Positions 1 to 9,870 of a DNA stretch of 64,000 nucleotides are shown here, in pieces. The stretch comes from a virus (lineage: Duplodnaviria > Caudoviricetes): positions 1 to 64,000 of the IMG/VR virus record IMGVR_UViG_3300029288_000139; one strand, written 5' to 3'. The translations under genes and the position numbers were made by a program. Within the stretch, counting starts at the first letter, position 1; each line of letters begins with the position of its first letter. Under the pieces are notes generated by a model that was given only the letters and a program-made list of their open reading frames with translations, searched no databases and was not told where the DNA came from.

Positions 1-16
1 CAACGCCGCAGACATC

Positions 17-205
17 TTGAACCGGATGAAAGAGTTTTGCGAGGAGGAAAGGTATATAGAGTTTATGTTGTCCTTTACCTCCTTTACGGATTCAAGAGGC
101 TACACAACGTATATGTCTCCAATAACTTTTGTGAACAATTACATCCTCAACCCTTCTGCCCTTTTGCGGAAGGCCGTGGAATTTCTGGTGGGAGAAACCG
201 CTTGA
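17..205 (+). CDS. hypothetical protein (start uncertain, window edge)
   Basis: 62-aa ORF whose stop overlaps the next start; no motif recognised. Confidence 0.45.
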   Translation: MNRMKEFCEEERYIEFMLSFTSFTDSRGYTTYMSPITFVNNYILNPSALLRKAVEFLVGETA

Positions 206-378
206 ATAATTACATTTATGGATGGAAAAATAACAGCAAACGAAAAACACTTTACGGGAGAAAGTGCAGAGTTGTGAAGCGGTTAAAGATGAATAGTGCG
301 ATTGTGTTATTTATAGACAACGGACAATTTGAAGTAATCAGCAGAAACGCTTTAAGGAGGAAAGATGAAAGAGATTGA
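202..378 (+). CDS. small hypothetical phage protein (58 aa, TTG start)
   Basis: GGAG then TTG at 202; this is the 3' part of track ORF 37..378 and overlaps both neighbours. Confidence 0.5.
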   Translation: MNNYIYGWKNNSKRKTLYGRKCRVVKRLKMNSAIVLFIDNGQFEVISRNALRRKDERD

Positions 379-622
379 AGAATTGTTAGCAAAGCTTGAC
401 GACGGGGATAATCAGGACATACACGAGGCTATCCTGAAAGCCCTTGCCGAGAAGGACAAGCGGATTGCCGAACTGGAGGCAAAAATCAAAAAGATGGAAT
501 ATTGGTGGGAAGAATTATCTGGCAGAAGGAGAATAAATAAATCAAGGGCGTGTGGCGTTAGCCATGAGATATTAGCTAAGCAGAGTATTACAAAACATCG
601 TAATCTTAAAAGCAATTCGTAG
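365..622 (+). CDS. hypothetical coiled-coil protein
   Basis: AGGAGG upstream; heptad-like KDKRIAELEAKIKK. Confidence 0.6.
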   Translation: MKEIEELLAKLDDGDNQDIHEAILKALAEKDKRIAELEAKIKKMEYWWEELSGRRRINKSRACGVSHEILAKQSITKHRNLKSNS

Positions 623-662
623 AAGTCAAATCTGCCACGCCCGAACAAGGAGGAGGTGAACT

Positions 663-1421
663 ATGTGTCAGTTTTTCAGTTGTGTTAGTAACGGAGACGG
701 AAAGGCATTATACTTTAATGCAGAGCAAAGGGAGAAAATCAAGACAAAGGAATTACGTTATGAGAACGGGGACTCCCATACATCAATTGCTGACTTTTTT
801 GGTTACACAAGTCTGTTGGAGGATAAGCTCAATAAATATGAGTTTAATCCTTTAACAAAAATTTTTACGATTGACCAATTAAATAATTTGGTTGATGATT
901 CGGAACAGATTGAATATTTTTGTAAGAATTTGGATTTTAAAACGATTGTTCCTCAGTTGATTATTAAGCCAATCATTAACCCTTTCATGGATGTAAAAAA
1001 CAGTAAAGTCACCCCAGAGGATTTGTTGTTATTGAAACATTTTTCTTCTGTTAGGAATTCTGTTTGGGATTCTGTTAGGGATTCTGTTTGGGATTCTGTT
1101 TGGGATTCTGTTTGGGATTCTGTTGGGGCTTCTGTTAGGAATTCTGTTTGGGATTCTGTTGGGAATTCTGTTTGGGATTCTGTTTGGGCTTCTGTTTGGG
1201 ATTCTGTTGAGGATTCTGTTTGGGATTCTGTTGGGGCTTATATAAGCTCTTTCTTTGATATACAGTATCCTTTTGACTTTTCCCCTTGCGTAAAATTATG
1301 GGAAAAAGGACTTGTACCGTCATTTGACGGTACACTATGGAGGCTACATGGAGCTAAAGGGAAAGTCTTGTGGGAAGGTGAAATAAAAGAGTCGAGCTTG
1401 AGGCACAGGTCGAGAAGATAA
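663..1421 (+). CDS. SVWD tetrapeptide-repeat protein
   Basis: AGGAGG RBS; 252-aa ORF with 16 SVxx units. Confidence 0.85.
   Translation: MCQFFSCVSNGDGKALYFNAEQREKIKTKELRYENGDSHTSIADFFGYTSLLEDKLNKYEFNPLTKIFTIDQLNNLVDDSEQIEYFCKNLDFKTIVPQLIIKPIINPFMDVKNSKVTPEDLLLLKHFSSVRNSVWDSVRDSVWDSVWDSVWDSVGASVRNSVWDSVGNSVWDSVWASVWDSVEDSVWDSVGAYISSFFDIQYPFDFSPCVKLWEKGLVPSFDGTLWRLHGAKGKVLWEGEIKESSLRHRSRR
1047..1238 (+). repeat. 16 x 12-bp tandem repeat TCTGTT-NNG-NNT
   Basis: units read directly (TCTGTTTGGGAT most common). Confidence 0.95.
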
Positions 1422-1490
1422 TGGGAAAAGAAGAAGTAAACAGATACTTAGTTGCAGTAAATATTATAAAACGATGGCGTTCTATTGTTA

Positions 1491-1640
1491 ATGAATGAAC
1501 CTAGACGCGAGGCGGCTTATCGCGTCGCATTGATGTTTGGTAACATCAAACACGAGTACACCCGTGGAGGGAAAAACAAAGAATGTTTAATTGGTGAGAT
1601 TGAAGAAATACTGAATGAATATCGGTCTGGAAAAGGCTGA
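1491..1640 (+). CDS. small hypothetical protein (49 aa)
   Basis: ORF MNEPRREAAY...RSGKG read by hand; below the track cutoff. Confidence 0.4.
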   Translation: MNEPRREAAYRVALMFGNIKHEYTRGGKNKECLIGEIEEILNEYRSGKG

Positions 1641-1650
1641 AGGAGGCAAA

Positions 1651-1965
1651 ATGATTCTCGAAAAAAAGAAAACATATTATGTGAATAAAAAAGTTGTGGC
1701 TTTTAATTATACCAAGTTTTACGGTTTTGTATGGTTTATTATAATTTTATTCTGTGCAGGAGTGGGATATTTGTCTACAAAATATTTTATGGAAAAGTTT
1801 GCAGATAAAGCTCCGATAATGATAGAAATAAAATCAGAGGAAGTTATTCGTTTAACAGATTTGTTGGTAAAAAATAAAATAGGAAATGGCTCTTTATTAC
1901 AAGGTTATGAAGGTAATTGGTCGGCGAATATAGATGGCTCATTAATAAAATTGGAGTCTAAATGA
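1651..1965 (+). CDS. hypothetical single-TM membrane protein
   Basis: AGGAGG before ATG 1651; hydrophobic FYGFVWFIIILFCAGVGYL. Confidence 0.7.
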   Translation: MILEKKKTYYVNKKVVAFNYTKFYGFVWFIIILFCAGVGYLSTKYFMEKFADKAPIMIEIKSEEVIRLTDLLVKNKIGNGSLLQGYEGNWSANIDGSLIKLESK

Positions 1966-2192
1966 AAACAGAAAGAGAAATATTAATTGAAATTCAAAAG
2001 ATAATAGATAGTTCTCTAATTCAGAAAGAGAAATATCTTTGTATTAAAAAATTGGTAGAGGAGTACAACATGGGATTTAAAAATAAAAAGAAGAAACCAG
2101 ATGTTCCGGAACCCGTGGGACTAATCATTCATAAATCAGAAGAAGGAAAGACTAAATCGTTTTTCAAAAGAATTTTTAGAATAAGAGAGTAG
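1962..2192 (+). CDS. hypothetical protein
   Basis: ATGA overlap with the previous gene. Confidence 0.6.
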   Translation: MKTEREILIEIQKIIDSSLIQKEKYLCIKKLVEEYNMGFKNKKKKPDVPEPVGLIIHKSEEGKTKSFFKRIFRIRE

Positions 2193-2195
2193 AAG

Positions 2196-2411
2196 ATGTT
2201 TAGGCCGATACCGGATTATTATACTTGGGAGTTAATGGAAAATTCTCCTCGCGAAATTGTTGCTCTTGGTTTTGTCTCTGGCGATAGATTGTTTGATATT
2301 AGAGCAACAGTAGAACGATTATCAAATGGGGAGTGGCTATATCTTATAGCTAATACTGATCGTTATGGCATTGAACCGTCAAAAAAAAGAAGCGATGAAA
2401 GCAGTGTCTAA
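2196..2411 (+). CDS. hypothetical protein
   Basis: tightly packed ORF in the plus-strand run. Confidence 0.5.
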   Translation: MFRPIPDYYTWELMENSPREIVALGFVSGDRLFDIRATVERLSNGEWLYLIANTDRYGIEPSKKRSDESSV

Positions 2412-2449
2412 AATTATAAAAGCTGTAAGTTTTAAAGAGGAAACAAAAA

Positions 2450-2692
2450 ATGGATAAGAAAAATAGAAAAGAATTGATAGATTGGAAGAAAGAACTTGAG
2501 GTTAGGTTTACTTCTCCGGTTAAAGTAAATTTAACAATTGAAGGCTTGGAAGAAATTGAAAAAATGGATTTATCTGTTATTGAAGTGGTGACAGGAAGAA
2601 ATGATATTGTGATTCAAGAAAAGATAAATGAAATAATTGATAAAGTTAATTTATTAATTAAGATAAAAACCGAAGAAATAAATAAACTTTAA
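2450..2692 (+). CDS. hypothetical protein
   Basis: GAGG RBS, 80-aa ORF. Confidence 0.6.
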   Translation: MDKKNRKELIDWKKELEVRFTSPVKVNLTIEGLEEIEKMDLSVIEVVTGRNDIVIQEKINEIIDKVNLLIKIKTEEINKL

Positions 2693-2704
2693 GGAGGAAA
2701 CAAA

Positions 2705-3223
2705 ATGGTAGGAGAAATGAGAAAGATTAAGTATGGATCGGTGCAGTCAATGAATATGATTGCAGGCAAAATGATGAGAGTTGCTTTACCTGTTCAAGCA
2801 GCGTATTGGTTAAAGAGGAATATTGAAAGTATTGCTCAGGCTTGTAAAGATTTAGATGGTGAAAGAGCTGAACTGATTAAGAAGTATGGAACAAAAGAAT
2901 CTGAGTATTTGAAAAAACTTATCGCTGAAATGCCTGAAGAAAAGAATGAGCAAGGTAATAAAGATCTTGAATCCTATGAAAAAAGGATAAAAGAATTAGA
3001 AAGCAATAAAGGAGCTGATGAAGGTTATCGTATTCCAAATGATAGTGAAGAATTTATAAATTTGTGGGAAGCTCTTTTGAATAGGGAAATAGAGGTTATG
3101 ATTAATCCCATAAATTTAAAATTGTTGGGGGATGTAAAGTTGACAGTCTCCGAAGTAAGTGTTTTGGATTTTATGTTTGTTGAGGACAGCATGATTGTAA
3201 AGCCGACTAATTTGGTTAGTTAA
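2705..3223 (+). CDS. hypothetical helical protein, last gene of the plus-strand arm
   Basis: AAGGAGG RBS, 172-aa ORF ending at convergent hairpins. Confidence 0.75.
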   Translation: MVGEMRKIKYGSVQSMNMIAGKMMRVALPVQAAYWLKRNIESIAQACKDLDGERAELIKKYGTKESEYLKKLIAEMPEEKNEQGNKDLESYEKRIKELESNKGADEGYRIPNDSEEFINLWEALLNREIEVMINPINLKLLGDVKLTVSEVSVLDFMFVEDSMIVKPTNLVS

Positions 3224-3231
3224 AATAAAAA

Positions 3232-3320
3232 GTGGGGGTGATTATGAGCAAAAAGGAAAAAATCTCAAATCACCCCCACCCCACAAGAGTAAAAAGATGG
3301 GCATTTTACTCTTGTGTTAT
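3232..3320. terminator. two adjacent hairpins at the convergent junction (likely bidirectional terminator)
   Basis: perfect inverted repeats: GTGGGGGTGATT 3232-3243 / 3267-3278 and CACAAGAGTAAAA 3281-3293 / 3303-3315. Confidence 0.8.
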
Positions 3321-5020
3321 TTGTGTCGTATTGGTGATCTAATATTAGATCGTAACACTCCCCTATGATTCGGACCAACTGCTGTTCTTCTTGCAACTGT
3401 TGATGTTATATTTGTCCTGACGGATTTAGGAACTTCCATTTTGCTTTTCAAAACAGGAGCCGTCTCAGGAATATTAATCAATTGATTATTTGTATTGATT
3501 TGCTCCTCTACAATTTCTTTAGGAAGCTCCTTCCATGAAAGAACCCCTATATAAGTTTCTAAATCTTCCTGTTTTTTAACCCACTTTTTAAGAATCGTTA
3601 AATTAATATCTTTCTGGCCAATTCCTTTATGACCCGAACCAATTCCAAATCTTCCTGGCATTCCTTTCATTCCAACATACAAACTATTAGCTCCATCATT
3701 GAAAATATATCCTCTTTTATTTGGGGTAATATATTCTTGAAGTCCTGTTTCATTCAAACTAACTTTCCCAGGATTAATTAAAGACCAGATTCTAATATCC
3801 AAAAAACTATCCCCATTTAAGATATTGGTAAACTCTTTTAAAAAAGATTTTCGGAACGCTGTCTGAGCTAAAGAAGCGTGCCCCATATTTGCATGCTGAT
3901 GATAAGTATTTTTTGGCAAGTAATAATATTTACTCCTCCCTATTCCTACAACTTCATATCCTGCCAATTTTTTAACCATCTCTTGAATGTAAGCTGGAGC
4001 ATAATATTCATCATCTTCCATTATAAAAATATTATTGGCTGTTACATGTTTTACAGCTTCTTGAAGATTGATAATCATCGTATGTTTTGGATCTCCTTGC
4101 TTGGGCTCTCTCCGGATATATTTTACAAAAGAAACTTTTGGAATATTCTCCATTGGAACTTTACCATCATCAACTATAATCCATTCCTGCGGTTTTACAA
4201 TCTGATTCATCATCCACTTTTTACACAAATAAAATGCGACAGGTCTATCTCCAGTACAAGTTATTGCACAAACATTAGAAGAAGGCGGTTGAATTATTTT
4301 AGGTTCTTTTATTTTATCCCATGCTCCTTCTATTTCCATTTTCCCTTTTGATTTCTTTTTAAGCACATCTCTTGTTCCTCTTGTGTCATGCCTAATATAT
4401 TCTTTCGGAGATCCCTTCCACGTCCAACCTGAACTTAAGGTATGTCCCAACCCTGGAAATTCTTTCAATACAGTATCTGATAATCCATTTTTATAAATAT
4501 CGTACATTATTTGAACTGCAGGAGCACCATGATGAATGAAAGGAGAATACTTTTGATATTCTTTGTATTGAATCAAACAGAAATAAGGATGCATATATTT
4601 CATAGAACCATACTGCATTTTCTCTTTTCTTGATCCCCATTCATGGCCACCTAAATCTGTTCTCTCTATATACCCAACTCCCCAAGTATTGTTTTCCATC
4701 ATCTTTAGCATATCACTAACTGGTGATTTAAACATTTCAATATCAGAATCAAAAATAAGAATGTAGGGAGTTTGAACGGTCTTGATTCCAAGACATAATC
4801 CTTTCCCGTGCCCTATATTTTTATCAACATGCAGCACTTGAGTATTTGGACTTCTTAATGTCAGAACAAATTGATAACAAGGATCATGCCTATCTGAAGA
4901 GTCCACAATTACTATTTTCATTCCTGGATGATGTTTTCTAATAGAGAAATAAGCTCTGGCTATCAACTCCTTTGTATTATGACAAACTGTTATCCCTGTT
5001 ACAACTTCTTCAACATTCAT
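3317..5020 (-). CDS. two-domain GT-A (GT2-like) glycosyltransferase
   Basis: ITVCHNT...IVIVDSS, ILIFDSD; second domain AITCTGDRP...WIIVDDG...IFIMEDDEYY. Confidence 0.8.
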   Translation of the reverse strand: MNVEEVVTGITVCHNTKELIARAYFSIRKHHPGMKIVIVDSSDRHDPCYQFVLTLRSPNTQVLHVDKNIGHGKGLCLGIKTVQTPYILIFDSDIEMFKSPVSDMLKMMENNTWGVGYIERTDLGGHEWGSRKEKMQYGSMKYMHPYFCLIQYKEYQKYSPFIHHGAPAVQIMYDIYKNGLSDTVLKEFPGLGHTLSSGWTWKGSPKEYIRHDTRGTRDVLKKKSKGKMEIEGAWDKIKEPKIIQPPSSNVCAITCTGDRPVAFYLCKKWMMNQIVKPQEWIIVDDGKVPMENIPKVSFVKYIRREPKQGDPKHTMIINLQEAVKHVTANNIFIMEDDEYYAPAYIQEMVKKLAGYEVVGIGRSKYYYLPKNTYHQHANMGHASLAQTAFRKSFLKEFTNILNGDSFLDIRIWSLINPGKVSLNETGLQEYITPNKRGYIFNDGANSLYVGMKGMPGRFGIGSGHKGIGQKDINLTILKKWVKKQEDLETYIGVLSWKELPKEIVEEQINTNNQLINIPETAPVLKSKMEVPKSVRTNITSTVARRTAVGPNHRGVLRSNIRSPIRHK

Positions 5021-6204
5021 TTTATCTCTTCTCCTTCTTTGATAAATTTATCTTCTGGAGATCCTTTTCCAACCATTAAAGTTTTAGTATAAACCTTATC
5101 ATGCCAAACAACATTTTTAGCCTTTTTATAAACTGTATTTATGAAATTGAAGTCTCCTGTTTGTATCTCAGAAAAATGGTTTATGTTTTCTTTCCATAAA
5201 GACTGTTTAACCACTACATTCGCTGTATCAATATGGTTGACAAGCAAATTGGGTTTCTTCCACGTTTCTGGTAGAGGGTGTATCATACCTCCAAGATTTG
5301 ATCTTATAAAAATCAAATCTGGATTTTTCTCTTTTATAATTACTTTCATATCTCCAATAAACATATTATCTATTAGAATATTATCATCATCCAGCATAAA
5401 CACATACTTTCCTTTTATCTTATCTTTGTTGGCAAAGAATAAACCATTTGCTTTTAGTGATCCAATTCCTATCTCATCTTTTATTATAATATGTTCATAA
5501 TTTTTTACCAGTTGAGAGTCTACACTTTCACAACATTTTTTAAACATTCTTGGTCTTTTTACATAATGTCTGGTAACAATTGAAAATAAAGGTTCTACAT
5601 AAGAAGAAGGTGTCCATAAATAAGGAGGAGGAACTCTATCACTCTCTTTATGGTTGGCATTATGAGCTCTGACTTCTAAATGAAGATGATTTACAATTAT
5701 ACTTTTAGAAGGATTCGTTACATTGTACCCCAGAGTTTTCAACTCATGTGCAACTCTGTTGTCACATCCTAAATAACCCAAACCAAAATCATACTCTAAT
5801 TTTTTAATCTTTCCTTTGAATGCCCAAGCATCTTGACTGTCGGGATGATCCCAATGAAATTTTCCTATTCTATCTTTCTTTACTTCCCACCTTGATAATA
5901 CATAACAATCATCCTCATCTAGATATTCCATATATTTAATTGTATCATCAAAATAAACATCGGAGTTAGTAACAACACTGATATCTCCATTAAGTTTATT
6001 AGCCTCTTCAAAAAATACATTATAAGTAGGTCTTCGAGAAACTCGAACTCCTATTATTTTTTCATGGATTGGAAATTCGGTATTATCTTCACAGATAAGG
6101 ACTATTTTATCTATAAAAGGATTTTTTAAATTTTTCTGTAAGCATTCCATATTTTCATCATTTCTATAAGAAGAATACCAACCTGTTAATAAATTTATTT
6201 TCAT
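5017..6204 (-). CDS. two-domain glycosyltransferase (C-terminal GT2-like)
   Basis: VTNSDVYFD in the N-domain; SIVTRHY...YVFMLDDDN...GDFNF in the C-domain. Confidence 0.75.
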   Translation of the reverse strand: MKINLLTGWYSSYRNDENMECLQKNLKNPFIDKIVLICEDNTEFPIHEKIIGVRVSRRPTYNVFFEEANKLNGDISVVTNSDVYFDDTIKYMEYLDEDDCYVLSRWEVKKDRIGKFHWDHPDSQDAWAFKGKIKKLEYDFGLGYLGCDNRVAHELKTLGYNVTNPSKSIIVNHLHLEVRAHNANHKESDRVPPPYLWTPSSYVEPLFSIVTRHYVKRPRMFKKCCESVDSQLVKNYEHIIIKDEIGIGSLKANGLFFANKDKIKGKYVFMLDDDNILIDNMFIGDMKVIIKEKNPDLIFIRSNLGGMIHPLPETWKKPNLLVNHIDTANVVVKQSLWKENINHFSEIQTGDFNFINTVYKKAKNVVWHDKVYTKTLMVGKGSPEDKFIKEGEEIK

Positions 6205-6297
6205 ATCTTTTCCTTTTTAGAGGTGGGTGGCACTTTCTTTTCATAAGGAGGTAGCCTTTACCCTTAATCCAAGAAAGTTTCCACCACCCACCCGAAG

Positions 6298-6432
6298 CTA
6301 TTCTTTTCTTTTTAAAAAATTTCTATTTCCACAATCTTCTAAAACAACTAATTGTTTCTTGTCAAAAACTTCATTAACAATTTTTGTTTTATCTGGTCTA
6401 TTATATAAAATTAATAGTACAGGAGTTTTCAT
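6298..6432 (-). pseudogene. 44-aa remnant resembling a GT-A nucleotide-diphospho-sugar transferase
   Basis: MKTPVLLILYNRPDKTK...LVVLEDC read by hand; start overlaps the upstream stop. Confidence 0.5.
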
Positions 6433-7118
6433 ATTACTTCTCCAATTAAAGTCATATCTTCCTCAAAACAGCCATTACAAGAAGATATTATTTTTATCCC
6501 TAATTCACTAAATAAGTGTCTAATGGATTCTTCTGTAAAGATATATTGATGTGCAATACTTATAAAACTTTTGGTTTTGTTTCCTCCTCTATAAACTGGT
6601 ATCTGAATCATAATATATTTTCCCAACAATTTCATTTTGTTCAGAGCAAGAACAGGATCTATTAAATGTTCTATCACATCAAATCCGCACACCAAATCAA
6701 ATTCTCGTTTTATATCTACATCGGGGAAAGTCCCGCATAAAATATCAAGACCAAATTCTTTTCTTGCAAAATCACAAGTCCCTTCTGATATTTCAATACC
6801 CAAACATTCTTCCACCCCATTACTTTTACAATAATGTAAAAAACCACCATGACCACAACCTATTTCCAACACAGACCTTATTTCTAGATTTTTAATTCTC
6901 TCCCACCAAAAAGGAATTCTATTAAAGAAATCTAGTTTTGCTCTTTTTTCTATATTGGGGTGTCCATTTACTTCTTCTTGTCTTTCATACCAAAACTTTT
7001 TAAAATCATAAAAGTCTTGGGGAGTATTATTTCTAGATACAAACGTTCCACAAGAAGAACATCTAAAATACTCATTATGAAAACATCTATATAATTTCCC
7101 ATTGCACCAACAGTTCAT
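6429..7118 (-). CDS. class I SAM-dependent methyltransferase with N-terminal Cys cluster
   Basis: VLEIGCGHGGFL, FDVIEHLIDP; CxC...CxxC at the N-terminus. Confidence 0.85.
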   Translation of the reverse strand: MNCWCNGKLYRCFHNEYFRCSSCGTFVSRNNTPQDFYDFKKFWYERQEEVNGHPNIEKRAKLDFFNRIPFWWERIKNLEIRSVLEIGCGHGGFLHYCKSNGVEECLGIEISEGTCDFARKEFGLDILCGTFPDVDIKREFDLVCGFDVIEHLIDPVLALNKMKLLGKYIMIQIPVYRGGNKTKSFISIAHQYIFTEESIRHLFSELGIKIISSCNGCFEEDMTLIGEVI

Positions 7119-8101
7119 CCCATGAACTCCTTAAATATTTCTATTTGTTCAACCCATTCTTTAGCAATATTATAATTGGACTTGTATTTTTTATTGGAAA
7201 ACTCTTCTATCTCTGATAGATTTATTTCTGATGGTTTTATAGCTTTAGCATTTAAAAGTTTTACAGCTTCTTGTCTTGAGTCAAATCCTATGCTTAATAC
7301 CTCTGCCCCTGCTGCTGCAGAACAAATCGCCCCATGAACCCTATTACCTATAAAGCACTCTGCTTGACTATACAATCCAACCAATTCTTCAGGTCTTCCT
7401 GATTTATAAAATACAATGTTTTCATTAATTTTCCATCCTAAAGAAACTGCAAATTCTTTTTCTTTAACGGAGTGAGCCACAAATAAAAAATTATTTTTTA
7501 ACAAAATATCCGAGATTTGATTTACTTTCGTTTTCCAAATCTTACTTTCCTCTATACCAAAATCATCATAGTGAGCTCCGATAGGCATAAGATTGCACAA
7601 TTTGTATTTTTTAGACAATCCTTGAGTTACTGCAAAAGAAGCTGGACAAATTCTAACTTCAAAAGGAATATCTGTTATTTGAACAGCTATTGGATCTCTT
7701 ACATATATTTTCCAATAAAAGTTATTCAATTCTCTTGCTTTAGACTTTAGTTTTTCAGGATCCGATACTCTTAAATTTTTATCCCACCAGCAGAAACTAC
7801 CAGCACCAACAACCATAGAATTTCTTTTACTTTTAATCCCAAGACTTAATAGATAAGACCACCAGTCTATATTGTAACATTTATTTTCTCCATTAGACCA
7901 GAACAAAGGCATTCCACACCAAACCACTTTATCAAATTTATAGGAACTTCTACGTTCTACTTCTATTTCTTTATCTATAAGTATAAACTCACAAGTTTTA
8001 TCCACTTCTCGTATTAATTTCTGAACTCCAATCCTAATGAATTCATCTCCTGGATTTTTACCTTTTGTCGTTACCAATAGCCATTTCATTTTATCACCCA
8101 A
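7115..8101 (-). CDS. polysaccharide pyruvyl transferase family protein (start may be 8089)
   Basis: NPGDEFI N-motif; FIGNRVHGAI (RxH) C-motif. Confidence 0.75.
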   Translation of the reverse strand: MGDKMKWLLVTTKGKNPGDEFIRIGVQKLIREVDKTCEFILIDKEIEVERRSSYKFDKVVWCGMPLFWSNGENKCYNIDWWSYLLSLGIKSKRNSMVVGAGSFCWWDKNLRVSDPEKLKSKARELNNFYWKIYVRDPIAVQITDIPFEVRICPASFAVTQGLSKKYKLCNLMPIGAHYDDFGIEESKIWKTKVNQISDILLKNNFLFVAHSVKEKEFAVSLGWKINENIVFYKSGRPEELVGLYSQAECFIGNRVHGAICSAAAGAEVLSIGFDSRQEAVKLLNAKAIKPSEINLSEIEEFSNKKYKSNYNIAKEWVEQIEIFKEFMG

Positions 8102-8748
8102 TTATTAATCAGTATTGTTTTATCCCACAAATTGGGAACTTTAGATGTGGGATAATAGTATTTAGAAGTTGTGAGAGCTTCAGGTAGAACTTCAACAAAG
8201 TTTGCCAAACAGCTATCAATACAATGTATTTCTTTTGCTAAAATCAAAACTTTATACCAATCAAAAATATTATAATCCTCTATTGGTTCAAACAAGACTT
8301 TATTCTTGACATCTATCTTCATTGCAAAATCATGTGTCTTTTCTTGAACAACTACATAATCTTTACCATACTTTGAAATAACCTTATTAAATAACAATTC
8401 TTCTTTTTCTATATTCCTTTTCCATTCTAACTTCCATCTATATAATAAAGGAACGCTTGCAATAATATATTTTGCAATTATAAAACTTTGGAAAGTATTC
8501 TGTTTAGTCATCCACCATTTATGTAAAGCTGTGTTTGTGTTCAAACCAAAACTTAAATCAATTGTTTTATTATATTGCTGTTTTATTTCTGATACGGGTT
8601 TGCAGTAAGAAATATTTCTGAATAAGTTATGATACTGTTGAGGACAAAACCAAGAAATTTCAAACTTCTGAGAATACCATTTTGCAATAGGTAAACAGAT
8701 TAATATGTCTCCAAACCTTCCTGGCTGATTAATTAAAAGACTTTCCAT
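8086..8748 (-). CDS. GT-B (GT9-like) glycosyltransferase-like protein
   Basis: NQPGRFGDIL N-motif; IHCIDSCLAN near the C-terminus. Confidence 0.55.
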   Translation of the reverse strand: MESLLINQPGRFGDILICLPIAKWYSQKFEISWFCPQQYHNLFRNISYCKPVSEIKQQYNKTIDLSFGLNTNTALHKWWMTKQNTFQSFIIAKYIIASVPLLYRWKLEWKRNIEKEELLFNKVISKYGKDYVVVQEKTHDFAMKIDVKNKVLFEPIEDYNIFDWYKVLILAKEIHCIDSCLANFVEVLPEALTTSKYYYPTSKVPNLWDKTILINNWVIK

Positions 8749-8771
8749 TCCTTTTTGGATTCCTTTTATTT

Positions 8772-9356
8772 TTATTTTTTACATATAAAAATATACCTAT
8801 GTAATGATTCCTTGCTCTGTATAAATTCTACAGAACTCCAATATTTTTCAAATTCTATTTGCCACTCCTCTTTGTTCTTTTTTACTGTGGTCATCTCCAT
8901 ACCTAATCTCTTATCTGACAAATCATACATTTCAGCTATCAAATTATCACAAGTGTTTCTAATATTTTTAAGAACAACATTCAATTTATCAGCCTGAACC
9001 GTCATTAGAACATTAATGCAAAATCCCCAATCTGCTTTAGGAACCACAGAAGACATATTAGATAAATCCTCTTCAAAGAATTTTATATTTCTATTATTTT
9101 CAATAATGGAAATTATTTTCTCTTCTAAACATTCTTTTGTAATATCTATCATATTTATTTTCTGATGAGGTCTCGCTACAACCCACCACACTTCTAATCT
9201 TCCTGTTCCACAACCGTAATCATTAATTACCACTTCAGGAGAAACTCTTGAAAAAAGAAATTCTCTCATTCTATCTGCTGTTGAACCATTCCTATAATTT
9301 CCTTGAAGCCATACATTAATAAATTTTTCTTGATGTTTCTTATCTATATCAGTCAT
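8772..9356 (-). CDS. class I SAM-dependent methyltransferase
   Basis: INDYGCGTGR motif I; MIDI acidic strand 2. Confidence 0.8.
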   Translation of the reverse strand: MTDIDKKHQEKFINVWLQGNYRNGSTADRMREFLFSRVSPEVVINDYGCGTGRLEVWWVVARPHQKINMIDITKECLEEKIISIIENNRNIKFFEEDLSNMSSVVPKADWGFCINVLMTVQADKLNVVLKNIRNTCDNLIAEMYDLSDKRLGMEMTTVKKNKEEWQIEFEKYWSSVEFIQSKESLHRYIFICKK

Positions 9357-9870
9357 TCAACCACTCCTTTGTAGGATACCCCAAAAATATTTTAGTCCAC
9401 CCGGACATAGATCTTGTGTAATTAATTACTTCTTCCCTTCTTTTTTCCCACCCTCTTTGAAAATGATTATACGAACGTGTATCTTCTTGATTACGTCCTT
9501 CTAAAGGACAACCGCACAGAATTATTTTCTGATAACCTAATCTTATAGCAGCAGCAGTTCCAAGAAGAGACGAAGACCCGGAAGGATCTTTATGAGGCTC
9601 TACAATATCAACTTCTTCTATTAAAATATTTTTTGGTGTCTTTTTTACATGACTTATACTAAGAAATTTCGTACTCAATCCATTCTTTTTTCTTTTCTTA
9701 ATATATTCTTTTATATCTTTATAATGATAAGTAACTAAATATTGTACTTCTCCTTCATATGGACAATCCATACCAACTGCCATGACATCAAACTCAGGAC
9801 AAAGTTTTTTAATTTCTTCTAATCCGGAACTCCAACAAATTGCTCTTCCAATCAAAACAATAGGCTTCAT
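9349..9870 (-). CDS. Rossmann-like protein, possibly sialyltransferase/Maf-like glycosyltransferase fold
   Basis: VLIGRA; GSSSLLGTAAAIRLGYQKIILCGCPL resembles the SG..A...LGY.KI.L.G pattern. Confidence 0.45.
   Translation of the reverse strand: MKPIVLIGRAICWSSGLEEIKKLCPEFDVMAVGMDCPYEGEVQYLVTYHYKDIKEYIKKRKKNGLSTKFLSISHVKKTPKNILIEEVDIVEPHKDPSGSSSLLGTAAAIRLGYQKIILCGCPLEGRNQEDTRSYNHFQRGWEKRREEVINYTRSMSGWTKIFLGYPTKEWLND

Noticed and set aside
1135-1335. Antisense ORF with QQNPK repeats
   Set aside because: Shadow of the 12-bp repeat in 663..1421; no independent support.
1504-1526. GACGCGA/TCGCGTC hairpin as an attC-like site
   Set aside because: Single copy, inside a plausible small ORF, lacks RYYYAAC/GTTRRRY ends.
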